A stretch of DNA of 64,000 bases from Octopus vulgaris (lineage: Eukaryota). The stretch covers positions 50,406,001 to 50,470,000 of the forward strand of contig OX597818.1 of assembly GCA_951406725.2 (NCBI GenBank). The letters run 5' to 3'. Each line of letters opens with the position of its first letter. Within the stretch, counting starts at the first letter, position 1. Made by a program: the position numbers and the translations under genes. Below the pieces are notes generated by a model. That model ran no database searches and was not told where the DNA came from. It saw only the letters and a list, made by a program, of their open reading frames with translations. This document shows, in pieces, positions 27,529-41,959 of the stretch.

Positions 27529-27631
27529 GTGTAAGTTTAATCCGTGAATATATAAATATCTACATATTTATACGTAAATATTCATCGTCTCAGAATCTTT
27601 AGCCTTTACTTTCTTTCTAGTTGAATATATA

Positions 27632-27709
<78 letters not shown>

Positions 27710-28549
27710 TGTGTGTTGTATATCAAACCCAAGCTGTTACATTCCATCCGTCTTATGACCGTAATGTACTTAAGTGTTATATTTGAGACTCTTACACTTT
27801 GTTCATGTGAGCGGAACAACTGTCTAAAAAAAAGGTCCAAGCCACCTTAGATGCATCAATACCAACGCTTCTACACCCACTGCTTCTTGCGGTCGAACCC
27901 TTGTTCAGTCCTTCGTCCTTTCGTCCGTTTAATATCTTTGTCCTCCATTTCTTTATTCCTTTTCCCTCTATACTTTTCCTTCTTCCGCGCCCTCTCTCTT
28001 TCTCTCCTTCTCTCATACTTCTTACTCAGTCTCTTGCACTCCCTATACTTTTTCAATAGGATTTCCAAACTCTCCTTCCCCATGGAAATAATACTTTGCT
28101 TCTTCGTCAAGCTGCCGCCCCTACCGTTTATCTCATAGTAATGGAATTATTTATCTTTCTATAAAATAAGTTTTTTCCTTTCCAGTCGACTTTGCTTGCA
28201 GGATGTCCGCATCAGCTATTTTCTTTTTGTTGTAGTGTTCTATTTATATATTCAACAAACACATCAGACGGATGTAGGACATCACCTTCGCACGAAACTT
28301 GGAGTCGTGGCTATCGTTTGCTATTTCCTACCATATATATATGCATATAAATATACATACATACATGTATGTATGTATGTATGTATGTATGTATGTATGT
28401 ATGTATGTATGTATGTATGTATTCCAACCTTTGGAAAATAGATTATGGCATTGACTCGGTCAATTCCTAGCAACATCTGAAGAAGGAATTTATATATTCC
28501 GAAATATTATATCAGACTATATATATATATATATATATGTATATATAAT

Positions 28550-29255
28550 CAAAATAAGCAACAAGGATATCCATATATATGTATATATAATCAAAATAAG
28601 CAACAAGGATATCCAAAGGTTAGTGTAGTACAATCGTTTCATGCTACTTCATTTAATTAAACAATGTAAGTATTACATCAGTTTTAAAATGTAGAGCACT
28701 CATCAGCCACATATGGAATTTTTTAAATTAAATTGACAATGTTCATTTTTTATACTTATTCCATTTGCCAACATTACAAAGAGGATAGGTATATAGACAG
28801 AGAGGTGAATTTCATCAATAAAACATGGTAGTAGAAGATCTTAACTCATGGGCAGATGTTTTATCCCTGAGTTCACTTTGTTATTTAGATTTACCAATGG
28901 GGATAGGGTTTTTCTTTTACGTTCAGTGGAGACAATCAAGAATTTTTCTATTTATAGATAGAGGAAGGGGCTGTTTAAATGGCAGAGCCGTAAATCCAAC
29001 CCTTTAATGAGGAATTTCACTGAGGTACATCGGCGTAAAATAAAAATAAAACTCTTTCGCTCCCAAAGTAATGTGTGTGTGTGAGAGAGAGGGGGAGAAA
29101 GATGAACGATTTAAAATAAATAAATGATTTAAAATAAATATATTGTAATTGTTGTGTGAGAAAGTATATATACTATGATTATATAATATAATGTGCCTTT
29201 CAAAAACAAAAAAACAAGACATTTTACATTTTATTTTTATGAACGTCATAACTTA

Positions 29256-29304
<49 letters not shown>

Positions 29305-30405
29305 TCTCACTTTGTCTTTCCCGTGAAACTCTCTGCCTCCTTCTTCCCCTTTTCTTTATCTTATATTTTTTTAGACTCCGCAATGGCTCTCTCTCTCTCT
29401 CTCCCTCTCTCACTTTGCCTTTCCCGCGAAACTCTCTGCCTCCTTCTTCCACTTTCCTTTATCTTATTTTTTTTTTGGTTAGACGCCATCAAAAAGCAAT
29501 GGCTGATATTTATTATGGTTAAAAGCTATGGTAGAAAATAGATTTTTACCTTATCCGCGGATGCCTCGGGAAAAAAATAAGTTGACAAAATCCAGATAGG
29601 GTGTTGAAAAATGTCCTCCTAAAATTTGAGCGACATGCGTGCTAATTTGTGGACGTGCATAAATTACAATCACGTACACACACGCACACGCATCCTCCCT
29701 TTTATAGATATGATATATATCAGATTATTATTAATAAAGATTTATAGTTAGTTAGTAAATAGTTTTTTATTTGTATGCTAGACATATGCTAGACATGTTA
29801 TTTATTTCCTGTAAAAAAAGAAAGAAAGAAAGAAAAGAAAAACTTATCAATTAGCACATATATCAAGAGGCTTTAAAATATTTTAAAGTGTAATGAAGGG
29901 AGGTAATCAAGATGAACTTAATAATTTCATTAGATATATGGAATTTATGCAATTCCATATAGAAAAGTTTAAAAAGACTTTATTTCACTTTATTCAATTT
30001 ATTTATATTATTAAATTTCTTAATCTATACAGGTTAAATAAAAACTAGTATGGGTATTTCCTTATTTGGTTACAAAACATTAAGATATGAAAATTTAGGG
30101 ATAGTCAGAATGCTATTAATTAAAATACTTAAAAGTACGGGTGGCACAATGTATGCAGGATTCTTCTAGATCAAAACGGTTATTCAATAAGTTTATATTA
30201 TTCCTATGTTTCAAAATTTCATATGTCTCCATAGCAGAAAGTTCACATCCATCTCTACTATTTTTATAAAGCTGTGACTTTCTTATTATATCCCATTTTA
30301 GGTTAAACTCGATATTTTTTTCCTTTCAATTCCCAAATTTTACTAGACAGCGTTGTGCAACCCGCCTTACGTTTAAGTCTATAACTAGATAAATGATTGT
30401 TTAAT
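28550..30405 (-). mobile_element. 5'-truncated, interrupted Penelope-like (Naiad-type) element
   Basis: The minus strand encodes NNHLSSYR...TTLSSKIWEL and IEFNLKWDII...GCEL...LLNNRFDLEESCIH; homologous to 11877-12800; bounded by (TA)n. Confidence 0.72.
28624..28711 (-). ncRNA. Type I hammerhead ribozyme
   Basis: tgtgg-CTGATGA-gtgct...agcat-GAAA-cgattg-TA-ctaca. Confidence 0.72.
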
Positions 30406-30406
30406 G

Positions 30407-31750
<1,344 letters not shown>

Positions 31751-31882
31751 AGCTTCCTGATGATTTCATTTGAATGAAACAGTTCTAGTCCTATAGAAGC
31801 TCCTTCAATAAAATAAATTAATTTACTCTGCTATGTATTGAGTACCTTATTTACTGTGGTTAACCCCGACTCAACCCGGACC

Positions 31883-31934
<52 letters not shown>

Positions 31935-32096
31935 AAATTAAGACGAATGGCCACAATGATGGACTCCTAATATGCTAAATATAGACGTCAAAGTGCCTTA
32001 CCACGAAGAGTATGTTCCCAAGAAATATTTCAGCAAAACGCCAGAATGTAAAAATGAGCAAGACAAATGAAAATGTACGAAATAAATAACGATTAC

Positions 32097-32162
32097 CTAC
32101 GTGCCAATGGCTTCACTTGTTAATATTTACGAGTGTAAATGTCTGCAAGCTCATCAGCGTAG
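32097..32162 (-). ncRNA. Hammerhead-like motif with a G15.1-C16.1 variant core
   Basis: ctacg-CTGATGA-gcttg...caagt-GAAG-ccattgg-CA-cgtag. Confidence 0.65.
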
Positions 32163-32547
32163 TCTGTCGCTTACAAAACACAATTTCCAGAACTAGACAC
32201 AGAACGCTCACCCGAAAGAAAACATATATAAAGTTCTGCAATTTATATTTGAGAGTATTTTTCAAATGTTTTTATTTATGGTCAACTTTATGAAAGGTTT
32301 TGCGAAGCGGGCAGGTATATAACACATCTAAACTTGATTTGTTTAGCAGTTGTAATTGCTGTGTCAGGCGGTTTCTACTTAATCGAAAACCATGCAGGGT
32401 GTATATATTCTGTTACGGATAAGACAAGAGAATCAACGAATAACAACAGGGCCCGTATAATCCAATTATGTATTGAGAATGACATGTCAAAACTCACATT
32501 GTAACACCGCGAAGCTGTTATAGTATATTCCAGTTCACGGAATATAA

Positions 32548-32962
32548 GGCGGCGAGCTGGCAGAATCGTTAGCACGCCGGGCGAAATGCGTAGCCGTATT
32601 TCGTCTGCCGTTACGTTCTGAGTTCAAATTCCGCCGACTCGACTTTGCCTTTCATCCTTTCGGGGTCGATAAATTAAGTACCAGTTACGCACTGGGGTCG
32701 ATGTAATCGACTTAATCTCTGTGTCTGTCCTTGTTTGTCCCTTCTGTGTTTAGCCCCTTGTGGGTAGTAAAGAAATGGGTATTTCGTCTGCCGCTACATT
32801 CTGAGTTCAAATTCCGCCGAGTCAGACTTTACCTTTCATCCTTTCGGGGTCGATTAAATAAGTACCTGTTACGCACTAGGGTCGATGTAATCGACTTAAT
32901 CCCCTTTGTCTATCCTTGTTTGTCTCCTCTATGTTTACCCCTTGTGGGCAATAAAGAAATAA
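32548..32962 (+). mobile_element. Family C SINE with tandemly duplicated body
   Basis: Head GGCGGCGAGCTGGCAGAATCGTTAGC; body repeated at about 32597 and 32779; tail CCCCTTGTGGGCAATAAAGAAAT. Confidence 0.85.
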
Positions 32963-33549
32963 GTATATACCAGGTCACGGCACAAAGCCGCCAGAGCGCA
33001 GAGCTGTTACAAACAGATTTGAGTCCGAAAGCACAGAATTGTTATATGTTCTGAGTTACTCACTCCTTATTGACTGAAATCCAATTTTAGAGATCGAAGT
33101 CGACAAATGGTAGTTTATTCCAAATTCGCGATATGCCGATTGAAATAAGAAAGAGGTCACTCTTTTTATCTTCTTGTGTTGTTGTTTACTGTTTTGGCCG
33201 ATATGAGCAGTAAGTCAAAGAGAAAGACAGAGCAACAACGAATGGAAAAGGAAGACAAAATGATGCTATCATTCTGCCTGTCCTTTAAGTAGCAGCGGAG
33301 AGAGAGATAAAGAATTTCACTTGTCAGAGAAAAAGCGAGCCAGTGAAAGTCTCAGGTCGAGGTCGTTTCGTTTCACCAACTAACTCGCCCTTGCGGGATT
33401 TTAGTATTTATAATTATCGCAAAGCAGTGAGAAAGAGAGACATATCTCCGAGAACAATGGCGGGAAACTGTTGTAGGTGATTCTTATCTATTCTAAGCTT
33501 TTGGTTAAGAGGTTAAGAGGGTTAAATGGAAAAGACATAAATCGACTTG

Positions 33550-33730
33550 GCATGGTCATGTGTTCAAAGAGTCGAGCAAATCGACCCCAGGACTTATTGT
33601 AAGCCTAGTCCTTATTCTATCGGTCTCTTTTGCCGAACCACTAAGTTACCGGGTCGTAAACGCACCAGCGGTTTTGGAGGAACAAACATAGATACACATA
33701 CACACACACACCACACACACACATATATGT

Positions 33731-33807
<77 letters not shown>

Positions 33808-33964
33808 TATACGACGGGCTTCTTTCAGTTTCCGTCTACCAAACCACTCACAAGGCTTTAGTCAGCCCGAGGCTATAGTAGAAGACACTTGCCGAAGGTG
33901 TGCCACGGACTGAACCCGGAACCATGTGGTTGGTAAGCAAGCTACTTACCACACAGCCACTCCT
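33550..33964 (-). mobile_element. Family B SINE
   Basis: Reverse complement of 25590-25975. Confidence 0.8.
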
Positions 33965-33965
33965 A

Positions 33966-34003
<38 letters not shown>

Positions 34004-34076
34004 ATATTGAATCGTGGAAGGAACATGAATAGCGATGAAGTAAATCATAAATTTTATACACATATATATACTCTAG

Positions 34077-34142
34077 ATGATTTTCAATGCTCTCTTCCAC
34101 AATGCAATATTCGAGATGTTAATAGAAATGACTGGTCAATTG
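34077..34142 (+). CDS. Possible small Cys exon (phase 1/1)
   Basis: ctctAG|AT GAT TTT CAA TGC...ATT G|GTCAAT; DFQCSLPQCNIRDVNRNDWSI; weak donor. Confidence 0.3.
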
Positions 34143-34689
34143 GTCAATATACTGGGCAGCTTCCCTGGGGCCTAACAGGTCTAGGGGCCTACTTCTTATC
34201 TATAAATACTGTAATTTACTGTGAAATAAATAATACGACAGAGTCCTGTGCATTGATTTGTCCGGTGACCCACAACGCTACGCAACAGTCCGTCAGTTAT
34301 TGTTATTTACCACAGCAGAGGGAATAGTTTCCTGGTGGTATTGCCGATCATACATTTGAATAATTATTGGGGTTTGATTGTTTTTCTTCGATGGCGAGTG
34401 GGAGAGTAGATATAAATGAATTTGAGAGGTTTTAATAGGCGGAATAACATGAGACAAGCCATGACAGCCAGTCAGCAATCCATGTATGTAACTAAGAGGT
34501 TACGGGGGAGCGATAGAAAGACAGATGGAGGAAACAGCAGGTCTAATAGTGAAAGCTTAGACTAAACTAGTTTGCGCACCATGCTTATTGGTCTATGTTT
34601 TATTTTATGAATAATTATTGTATTCTACAATATAAAGTATTATCCTATCACGTTAGAGTCAACAGAGAACAATAATCTTACATTTTCAG

Positions 34690-34767
34690 GTTTTGAACAG
34701 AAGCAGACTGATGATGATCAACAAAGGAATGATGATGAGTGTTTTCTATGCGACATCAAAATTGAAT
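34690..34767 (+). CDS. Putative extracellular exon (phase 1/1), paralog of 31304-31417
   Basis: ttttcAG|...|GTAAGT; 78 nt open: FEQKQTDDDQQRNDDECFLCDIKIE. Confidence 0.6.
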
Positions 34768-35025
34768 GTAAGTTATGTAATCTATATCAGTACATTGAAT
34801 TACTCAACTTCTTCTTAGTTCAAAACCCGACTGTAAGTGATGCATGCACACATACATACACATACGCTTACACATATATGCACATACAAAAACACATACA
34901 TACATATACAAACACACACTCTCACTCTCTCTCTCTCTGTATATAAGTATATGTTTACAGGTATGTATATATGCATATAGGGGCGAATATAATTATGTAT
35001 GCTTGCATGTTGGGTATATGTAACT

Positions 35026-35103
<78 letters not shown>

Positions 35104-35193
35104 GGGAGAGTTTACGAAAAAAACAAAAGACGAAGACAGGTGGTGTACAAAACAAACAGATGTATTAGTATAACGCTCAGGAATAGAAAAAGT

Positions 35194-35229
35194 CTTTTAC
35201 GTTTCGAGCCTATGCTCTTCTACAGAAAG
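35194..35229 (-). ncRNA. Minimal hammerhead-like motif with a core mutation
   Basis: cttt-CTGTAGA-a-gagc atag gctc-GAAA-cg-TA-aaag; CTGTAGA departs from CTGANGA. Confidence 0.45.
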
Positions 35230-35289
35230 GGACACAGAAAAAACAAGGCGAGAAGAAAATATATATAAATATATATATGTGTGTGTGTG

Positions 35290-38200
35290 AAGTAAACGGA
35301 AAATGGAGAAATATTGATCAATAACAACTGACCAACATCGATTATTACTTTTTAATACAAATAGACTTTATCCCGTCTAACAGCTGTTCCTGGTTCCGAT
35401 GTTCCACGGTATTGCCATTGGAAATTCTGAAAATAATATTCATCATATTTGGTAACACATCCTATCTGGAACATGGAGCTTCATCGGAGTGAAGAAAAAT
35501 ATCCTAATCAAATACCCCTCAGTTAATTACAATTATTTACATACTGATATGTTGTAAGACCAACCATCTATTGCCCGTAATGTGATTGAACAAAGTCCAG
35601 CTTTCGATATAATTGGTCATTTAAATTTTAAAATACTGGTGAAGCTATTAAGAACGTTAAACGGGTAGATGTAAATAAATAAAAATAGATAAATGTATGG
35701 AGAAGTAGTATATGTTGTAAGTGGCCCCAAAACCGCTTAGAACGTTGTAAATGAAAAACAAACAAATATGTAAATAAGCACCGTGCGAAGAACAACGCCC
35801 GGAGTGTTATTAAACCTAGAGAGGTCCCTATTTGGACAAGTGTGAATTAAGGCGGTTGTGGGGAAGGAATTGGACAAAAGCTTTGTAAAATAGGAGTGAG
35901 AAATTAGTACACAAAGAAAAGAAATTAATTAGTTGGAAACGGAATAGGGAGGGGGATAAAGGTGAAACTACGATGAAGGGGAGTCTACAGTTAAGGAGAG
36001 GTAATGGCCAGGGCAGTGACCTACATTTAGAGAATTATAATATACAGACTAACTTCTGAACCTAAGTACCTAAGTAGTGGGCTTAGTAGACAAACAAACA
36101 GTAATTGTCTAAACATTCCTAAAAACGTTCATCCAAGTCGTCCTATGGATAAGTATAAGTACAAACCCCCAAATTAATTAAATGATTACAATTCAATTAC
36201 TTGTTAATTACTATTATTGTTGCAGATGCAGGCTCATACGACAGTTAACTCAGCCATACTTAATATATATTATTATATTATTATTATTATTACTAACATT
36301 GTCGATATCTCAACCCTTGCTTGGGTGCATACATATGGGGGCTACCACAATTGCACTTCCCTGCATGCATTAATATGCCTAAGAACAATAATAGTTCATA
36401 GGAAAGTGCCAAGCACAATACAAAGTATGAGCAAATACAATCTAAAGAGGTGTGAAGTTAATATTAAAGTGTTAAATTTTGTTATACGAGTTGCGGTTTT
36501 CTGAAGTGAGTAAATCTAATAGGAGGTTACCAATTAATGGAAGTAGTCTCATGTTGACTGAAATTAAGTCCAGAATGAAAAGTTATACAAGTTAACACAC
36601 GGTGTGGAATGTAAAGTTTGTGGCAAATAAAGCCATTGCTAAGGTCCAGGCTCAATTTATGGGGGGAGTATTGTTGGGAGAATGGGTACTTATGCCCTCT
36701 ATATTCTAAACTAGTCTTATAGTTAAAAGAACTGGTATTATTAAAACGGGGTGAGAAGGTTATACTAAAGAAAGATAAATTGATAAATGTATTATATCAT
36801 TTTATTATATATTATTTAATTTAGTTATTACTAGCAGTATTGCCCGGCACGTGCGCTTGAGCGTTCTATGCACGCGCGAATTAAGCTAAACTTGGATGAA
36901 GTTCAATCAAAATTCAATCATTTTGGTTTTAAAATCAAGCATTTAATGCCCCCTATTTTTGCGCTTATGTGTTCCATTTCCTAAATAGGAAGTACGTAGA
37001 AGCGTTTCAAAAATTTTTGTTGATCAAATAATTCCATTGCTGAATTATTGTTTTAGATCAGTATTTCTCAACGGGGATTTCAGGGGAGAGTTTCAGGGAG
37101 TCGCTGGCGATGTATCGTGATGATCAAAAATCCAACATGCTAAAATTTGGTTAAAGTGATTCTAACTGCAGACTCAACGCAAAATGGTCACATTTAATTC
37201 AAAGCATTAACAATGTTATGAAAACAATTGGTATGTGTTCACAAAGTCCAAACGATTAATACGAAAAAACCCTCCAGGCTACATCCCGAAAATTCATTTA
37301 TTTGCCGAATTTCTACAATGTTTACGGCGATTCGTTTTTATATTTTGATTTTTTATCTTTCATGCAATTACGCATGCTTGCACTCGTGGTGAACATAGTT
37401 CACGTCAAACAGCTGACTGAGTAAAGTTCACTAATCAATGCATGGGATAAGGCCTAAAAAAACACATTATCGATTTTTGCACTTGCGAGATGAATTTCGG
37501 AACAAAAATAGCGCAGTTCAGTAGTGCCAGGAAGTTAAACAAACAGACACACACACAGATACACACACAGAACACCTGTTGAGTTTTATATATATAGATG
37601 TGTGGGAGGTGGAATTTTAAACTCGGATATGTTGGTGTAGGAATATTAATGCTGGATTACCTATAAGAGACCTAGGTGTGTAATACTATTAAACTAGCTT
37701 TAATTGGAAGTTAATATATGCAGTCATTTGTTATCAAATTCTACTATATCTATGGTGAAGAGCTCAGTGCGCTACTTGTGGGATGATGCAAAAGGGTTCC
37801 TAATGATATTTATATTTAGAGAAGGTAAACTTACTTTTGTGCAGGCAAGCTTATTTCTCTCAAAGTAATGGGTGTCGGGCCCCTAATATGAAAAATTTCA
37901 CACTGATGCACAGATGACATTTCTTATTTTTTACATTGTACGAAGGTGCAGAGGCAAGGAATTTCCATTCTAAAACAAATCTAATATAGTTATCTTTAAG
38001 CTCCCAAATATATTTACTTAATCCGGTCGAGTAATCTTATCTCTCTTTCTGTAAGTGTGTTGGTGTGCGGCTAGTCTTCGTTTCATTTCATTTTGGGTAG
38101 CTCCTATATATCGTTTTACTAAACTGTTGGGATTATGCACTGGTAATTTACATCTTTTCTTTTACAAGAATTTCCAAGAGCGCAATTATCGTTATTTCTA

Positions 38201-38390
38201 GAGTCGCATAGGTTGTGTTGTGGGGAACAATTACTTACTAATGGATTGGTGTTAGGTGTAATATGATTGATAGGGTTATAATGGTTGTGAGTGTTACCAT
38301 TACTAGGTTTGGGGTGGTTATGGGGTTTGTTATTTTTATTCTTACTATTGTTTAGTTTCCAGTTTTGCTAGAATTTTCGTTCGGATTTCT
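35290..38390 (-). mobile_element. Degraded Penelope-like (Naiad-type) 3' part
   Basis: Minus strand about 38210-37900: CDSRNNDNCALGNSC, VNYQC, RYIGATQNEMKRRLAAH (GIY-YIG), WKFLASAPSY...KCHLCIS. Confidence 0.7.
36829..37598 (+). mobile_element. Helitron-like non-autonomous insertion
   Basis: TACTAGCAGTATTGCCCGGC start and ACAC...TTTTATATATATAGAT end, as in the 18626 and 55641 copies. Confidence 0.6.
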
Positions 38391-38399
38391 GCATCCCTT

Positions 38400-38820
38400 T
38401 TATCTCTCAATCCTTTTGCAAAAATGAAACACTTGAAAGAATTTGGGGTAAGCACATCAAGTCTAAATATTACATTCTTTCTTGACTCTGCCTGTGTAAG
38501 TAATGAAGACTTTATCTTCGTTCTTTTCTATGTTTAAACATTTCCATCTAGTATTAAAGCTCTTTGCACTAAACATTTTTCAAAAAATGTCAACTGCATC
38601 GGTGAAATTTATGTCGGACGATTTTTTTTTCTTTTCTTTTTTCTTTTCTTTTTTTGGCAATATGAAGTTACTATACTTCTCATGCTCCGCTGTCGCTAGT
38701 TTGCCTAAGACTAGACGCGTTTTCATTTCCTCCATCCAGTCCTGACATTGTTTTTCAAAAATTTGTTCAAATCTTCGAAGGTAAACCTCGAAGGTTACTC
38801 TTTCTTTGGGTAAAAGGTGT
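38400..38820 (-). mobile_element. Gypsy-like gag fragment
   Basis: TFEVYLRRFEQIF...KTRLVLGKLATAEHEKYSNFILPK resembles invertebrate gypsy gag N-termini. Confidence 0.5.
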
Positions 38821-39039
38821 GACAACACCCTGTTAGTTCAGTGTCGACATCTATCAGGAGAAAGAGAGAAAGTGGTTTCTTTCTCTGTCACTCTTTCCCT
38901 CTTCACACAAATTATACACTCACATATACACAGATCCCCACCCCCACAAACACATTACACACCACACGCCAACATAACCGCCCCCCTTGTCATTCATGTT
39001 AAGGAAGTCTGAAGGATATTTCCCGGCTCACTAGGAAAC

Positions 39040-40650
39040 CGAAATATCACAATTACACACTGTTTCGTTGTGGATGTCTTTATGCAAAGAATATGCATGA
39101 GATGAAAAAGAGCCTTGACCTAGTTGCAACATTCTCAAAGGATGTAGGGATGGAGTTTGATCAGGATAAATGTTGTTATATTGTTGTGAAAAGGAGGAAA
39201 ACTATAAACCAGACTAGTAATATCTCCATCAATGATTTGACTGTTTCCCCTATATCAGACGAGGAATATCACAGGTATAATAGTGTGGATGAAAATATAT
39301 CTTACAATGGTACCTATAACAAAAAACGTGTCACTAAAGAACATTACAGCCGAATAAACAAAATTTGGACCTCAAAACTCCCTACATTCAATAAAACAAT
39401 GGCCCACAATGTGTTTGCTGTGTCAGAACTTATACCAACATTTGGGCTGCTTGATTGGACGCTTGATGAGATTCAAGCCATGGATGTGGAAACTCGATAA
39501 ATACTAACAAGCACACATAATTTCCACATAAACAGTGACGTAGAGCACCCACTTCTACCTAAAACGAAAACAAGGCGGTAGAGGCTTAACATCAATCCAA
39601 AATGACTTTGAATGTCGCATCATATCCCTTCGGCAACATCTTTTAACTACCAAATGTCGAAGTGCATCCCTTGATCAAGTTTGCATACAAGAGGCTGAGA
39701 ACATCATAAGACCTGGAAGGCAGCTCCTTGAACAACATCCTTTGTCTGATAAACTAGAATACATTCCCAATGAAGTCGCACGGCTGTTTCATCAGATGAA
39801 AGGATGAGCCTATATGAGCAGAAAGCTATGCATGGATATGTTAGCAGAAAGTTCCGTGATGATAGTAAAAGCAACTTATCATGGACCAATAGCCGGATTA
39901 CTACCTCCCACTTTACAGTGTAGGCGTTTGCAATCGAGGAACAGGAAATATCAACCAAGTACCTCATGCACTAAAGGGGTACAGCCGTAAATTGTGACAA
40001 CTAATGCAGACTTTATGGAGTTCACACTGAAGATATCATCCACATCATTAGCAGTTACCCGAAATGATGTTGTAGCTAGGACACTCTAAAATGAAATCTG
40101 TGGGAAGGATAATCCCGAGGATAAGGAAATAAAAACCCACAATATGGTAGAAGCCTTAGCCACTCATAATAAAAAGGAAAACTGGTGAAATGTCCCAGGG
40201 AAGTCGTCAATGAAATAAAAGCACAACAGACCTGATATAATAATTTGGGAGGGAGAAAAGAAACTGTGCACAATTGTGGAAATAAGCTGCCCGACGGGTG
40301 TTAACATAAAGCTGAAGATCAGTGACAAAGAGAACACCTATTCTGAACTATTGAGAAATCTGCAGTTACTCTATCCAGATTGCAAGTTCAGGTTTATTAG
40401 CTGTAATTATTGGGGGCCTGGGATACGTAACATACTGCCTAAATACCAATCTTGAGAAACTAGGCTTCTCAAAACCAGAAAGGAGAAAGCGAATTCGAAA
40501 ACTACAAATCCAATCCATCACTGGAACTGTAAAAATCTGTAAAACATTCCAGAAGTCTATCATTTAAATATATATGAGCATGTCTAGATACGCAACTATA
40601 TGCACGATAATGCATACATAAAACATACAAATCTGTACATACATACATAC
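39040..40650 (+). mobile_element. Degenerate R4/Dong-like LINE 3' half (RT C-terminus, CCHC, restriction-like endonuclease)
   Basis: FSKDVGMEFDQDKC; CRL...EDIIHIISS; (H)NRPDII...CTIVEISCP; many stops. Confidence 0.75.
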
Positions 40651-41709
40651 AAAACTACCCTTTTGCAAATGTTGAAATTCCAATCAAGTAGACTTGAATC
40701 TAGGCGAGAAACCGTCTCTTTCTTTATTGGCAACACATATTGAAATAAATAAATGTATAAAACTGAACAATTATGAGCGCGCGTGTGTATGTGTGTTTAC
40801 AATTCCTCGCACAAGAAAGTTCTTTTCTAGCGAAGTAAAAGATTCTGTCGTTGGCATTTGGATAACACCGACAGTAAATGTTTCGTTCTTGAGCTGCTTT
40901 CCAAAATCTGTACATAATTTCACTGTTCCGTTTATGTATGTACGTCGTTCAATCCTGATCCAGTGGCGAGGCTTCAGTTCGAGAACTCTGGAATTGTGGG
41001 ATGCGTGGATTCACTTCTTAAAACCCTTTACTACCAACTCGGTTTTGATACGGAACGGTAGTACCTGTCATGGTCCTATCCGTGGATTGAACAGACTTCC
41101 CAAGGGTAGAGGAGGCTCCCGTTATTTCCGACAAAGCCGTGGGGAAGGTAGTCATTCTAGGAGAAAGACAACTCTGACGTAAAAACTCGCAGTCAAAATA
41201 GTCCCAGTTATCTTGCGATACTTGTCACTGGAATCTCTTATGGCGACCGAGAGAGCGGTGAAAGTTTTGCACAAGGTTTTGTCATCTAAATTCAGTGACG
41301 TACAAATGTCTCACAATCATTTCAGTTTTTTTTATATCCGTTTTGTATTCTAAAAAGTCCTCTGGCGATGGATGCAAAAATGTCATGACCAAGCAATGCA
41401 AGCATGAAAGTAAATTTGATCTATCAGTGTGAATGTGAAACGGTTATCATCTGACAAACTGAAGCAATCATCATGTATGTATATACGTATGTATATAAGT
41501 ATGTACGTATGCATGTATTGATGTCAGTATGTATGTGCATACGTATGTCTGCCTGCATTCATATATGTATGTCTTTTTCGAGTTTTAATTTATTTGTTAT
41601 GACCATTTATTTGTTTGTATTCCTTCAATTTGGGATTGAACAACAATATATTGTATGATGTATGTATTTATACTATTTAGCTCCTCTTTTTAAAAACTTG
41701 TTCTCACAG

Positions 41710-41959
41710 CTTCTAAAAAACACCAATGCCATACGATCTGGCCCAAAGGATCTGGGTGTTGGAGCGAGACGGAATTGGAAAAAATTTTCAAAACCTGCTC
41801 GGAAAAGGAATCACCGACAATCACTACTCCAACACCAGAAACCACTACTCTAACACCAGAAACCAAAAATCTAACACTGGTTTATTCTTTGGCCACAGTT
41901 TTGGTATTAGCGATCATATTTATTCTCTTCTTAATTTTATGGATATCATTTAGACGAAA
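41710..41959 (+). CDS. Exon encoding a Cys segment, Thr/Pro stalk and transmembrane helix (phase 1/2)
   Basis: ttctcacAG|...|GTAAGT; SKKHQCHTIWPKGSGCWSETELEKIFKTCSEKESPTITTPTPETTTLTPETKNLTLVYSLATVLVLAIIFILFLILWISFRRK. Confidence 0.85.

Larger units (their letters stand above)
34010..35160 (+). repeat. Tandem segmental duplication, unit 2
   Basis: See 30500-31750. Confidence 0.85.

Noticed and set aside
28477-28515. Hammerhead CTGAAGA-ggaat/attcc-GAAA
   Set aside because: No stem I pairing found; probably a truncated remnant.
35370-35490. Hammerhead at the end of the degraded PLE (minus strand)
   Set aside because: Core is mutated (CCGATGA, GAAC) and stem I is unclear.
40694-41182. 162-aa ORF
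   Set aside because: No recognisable motif or splice support; probably a chance frame in repeat-derived sequence.
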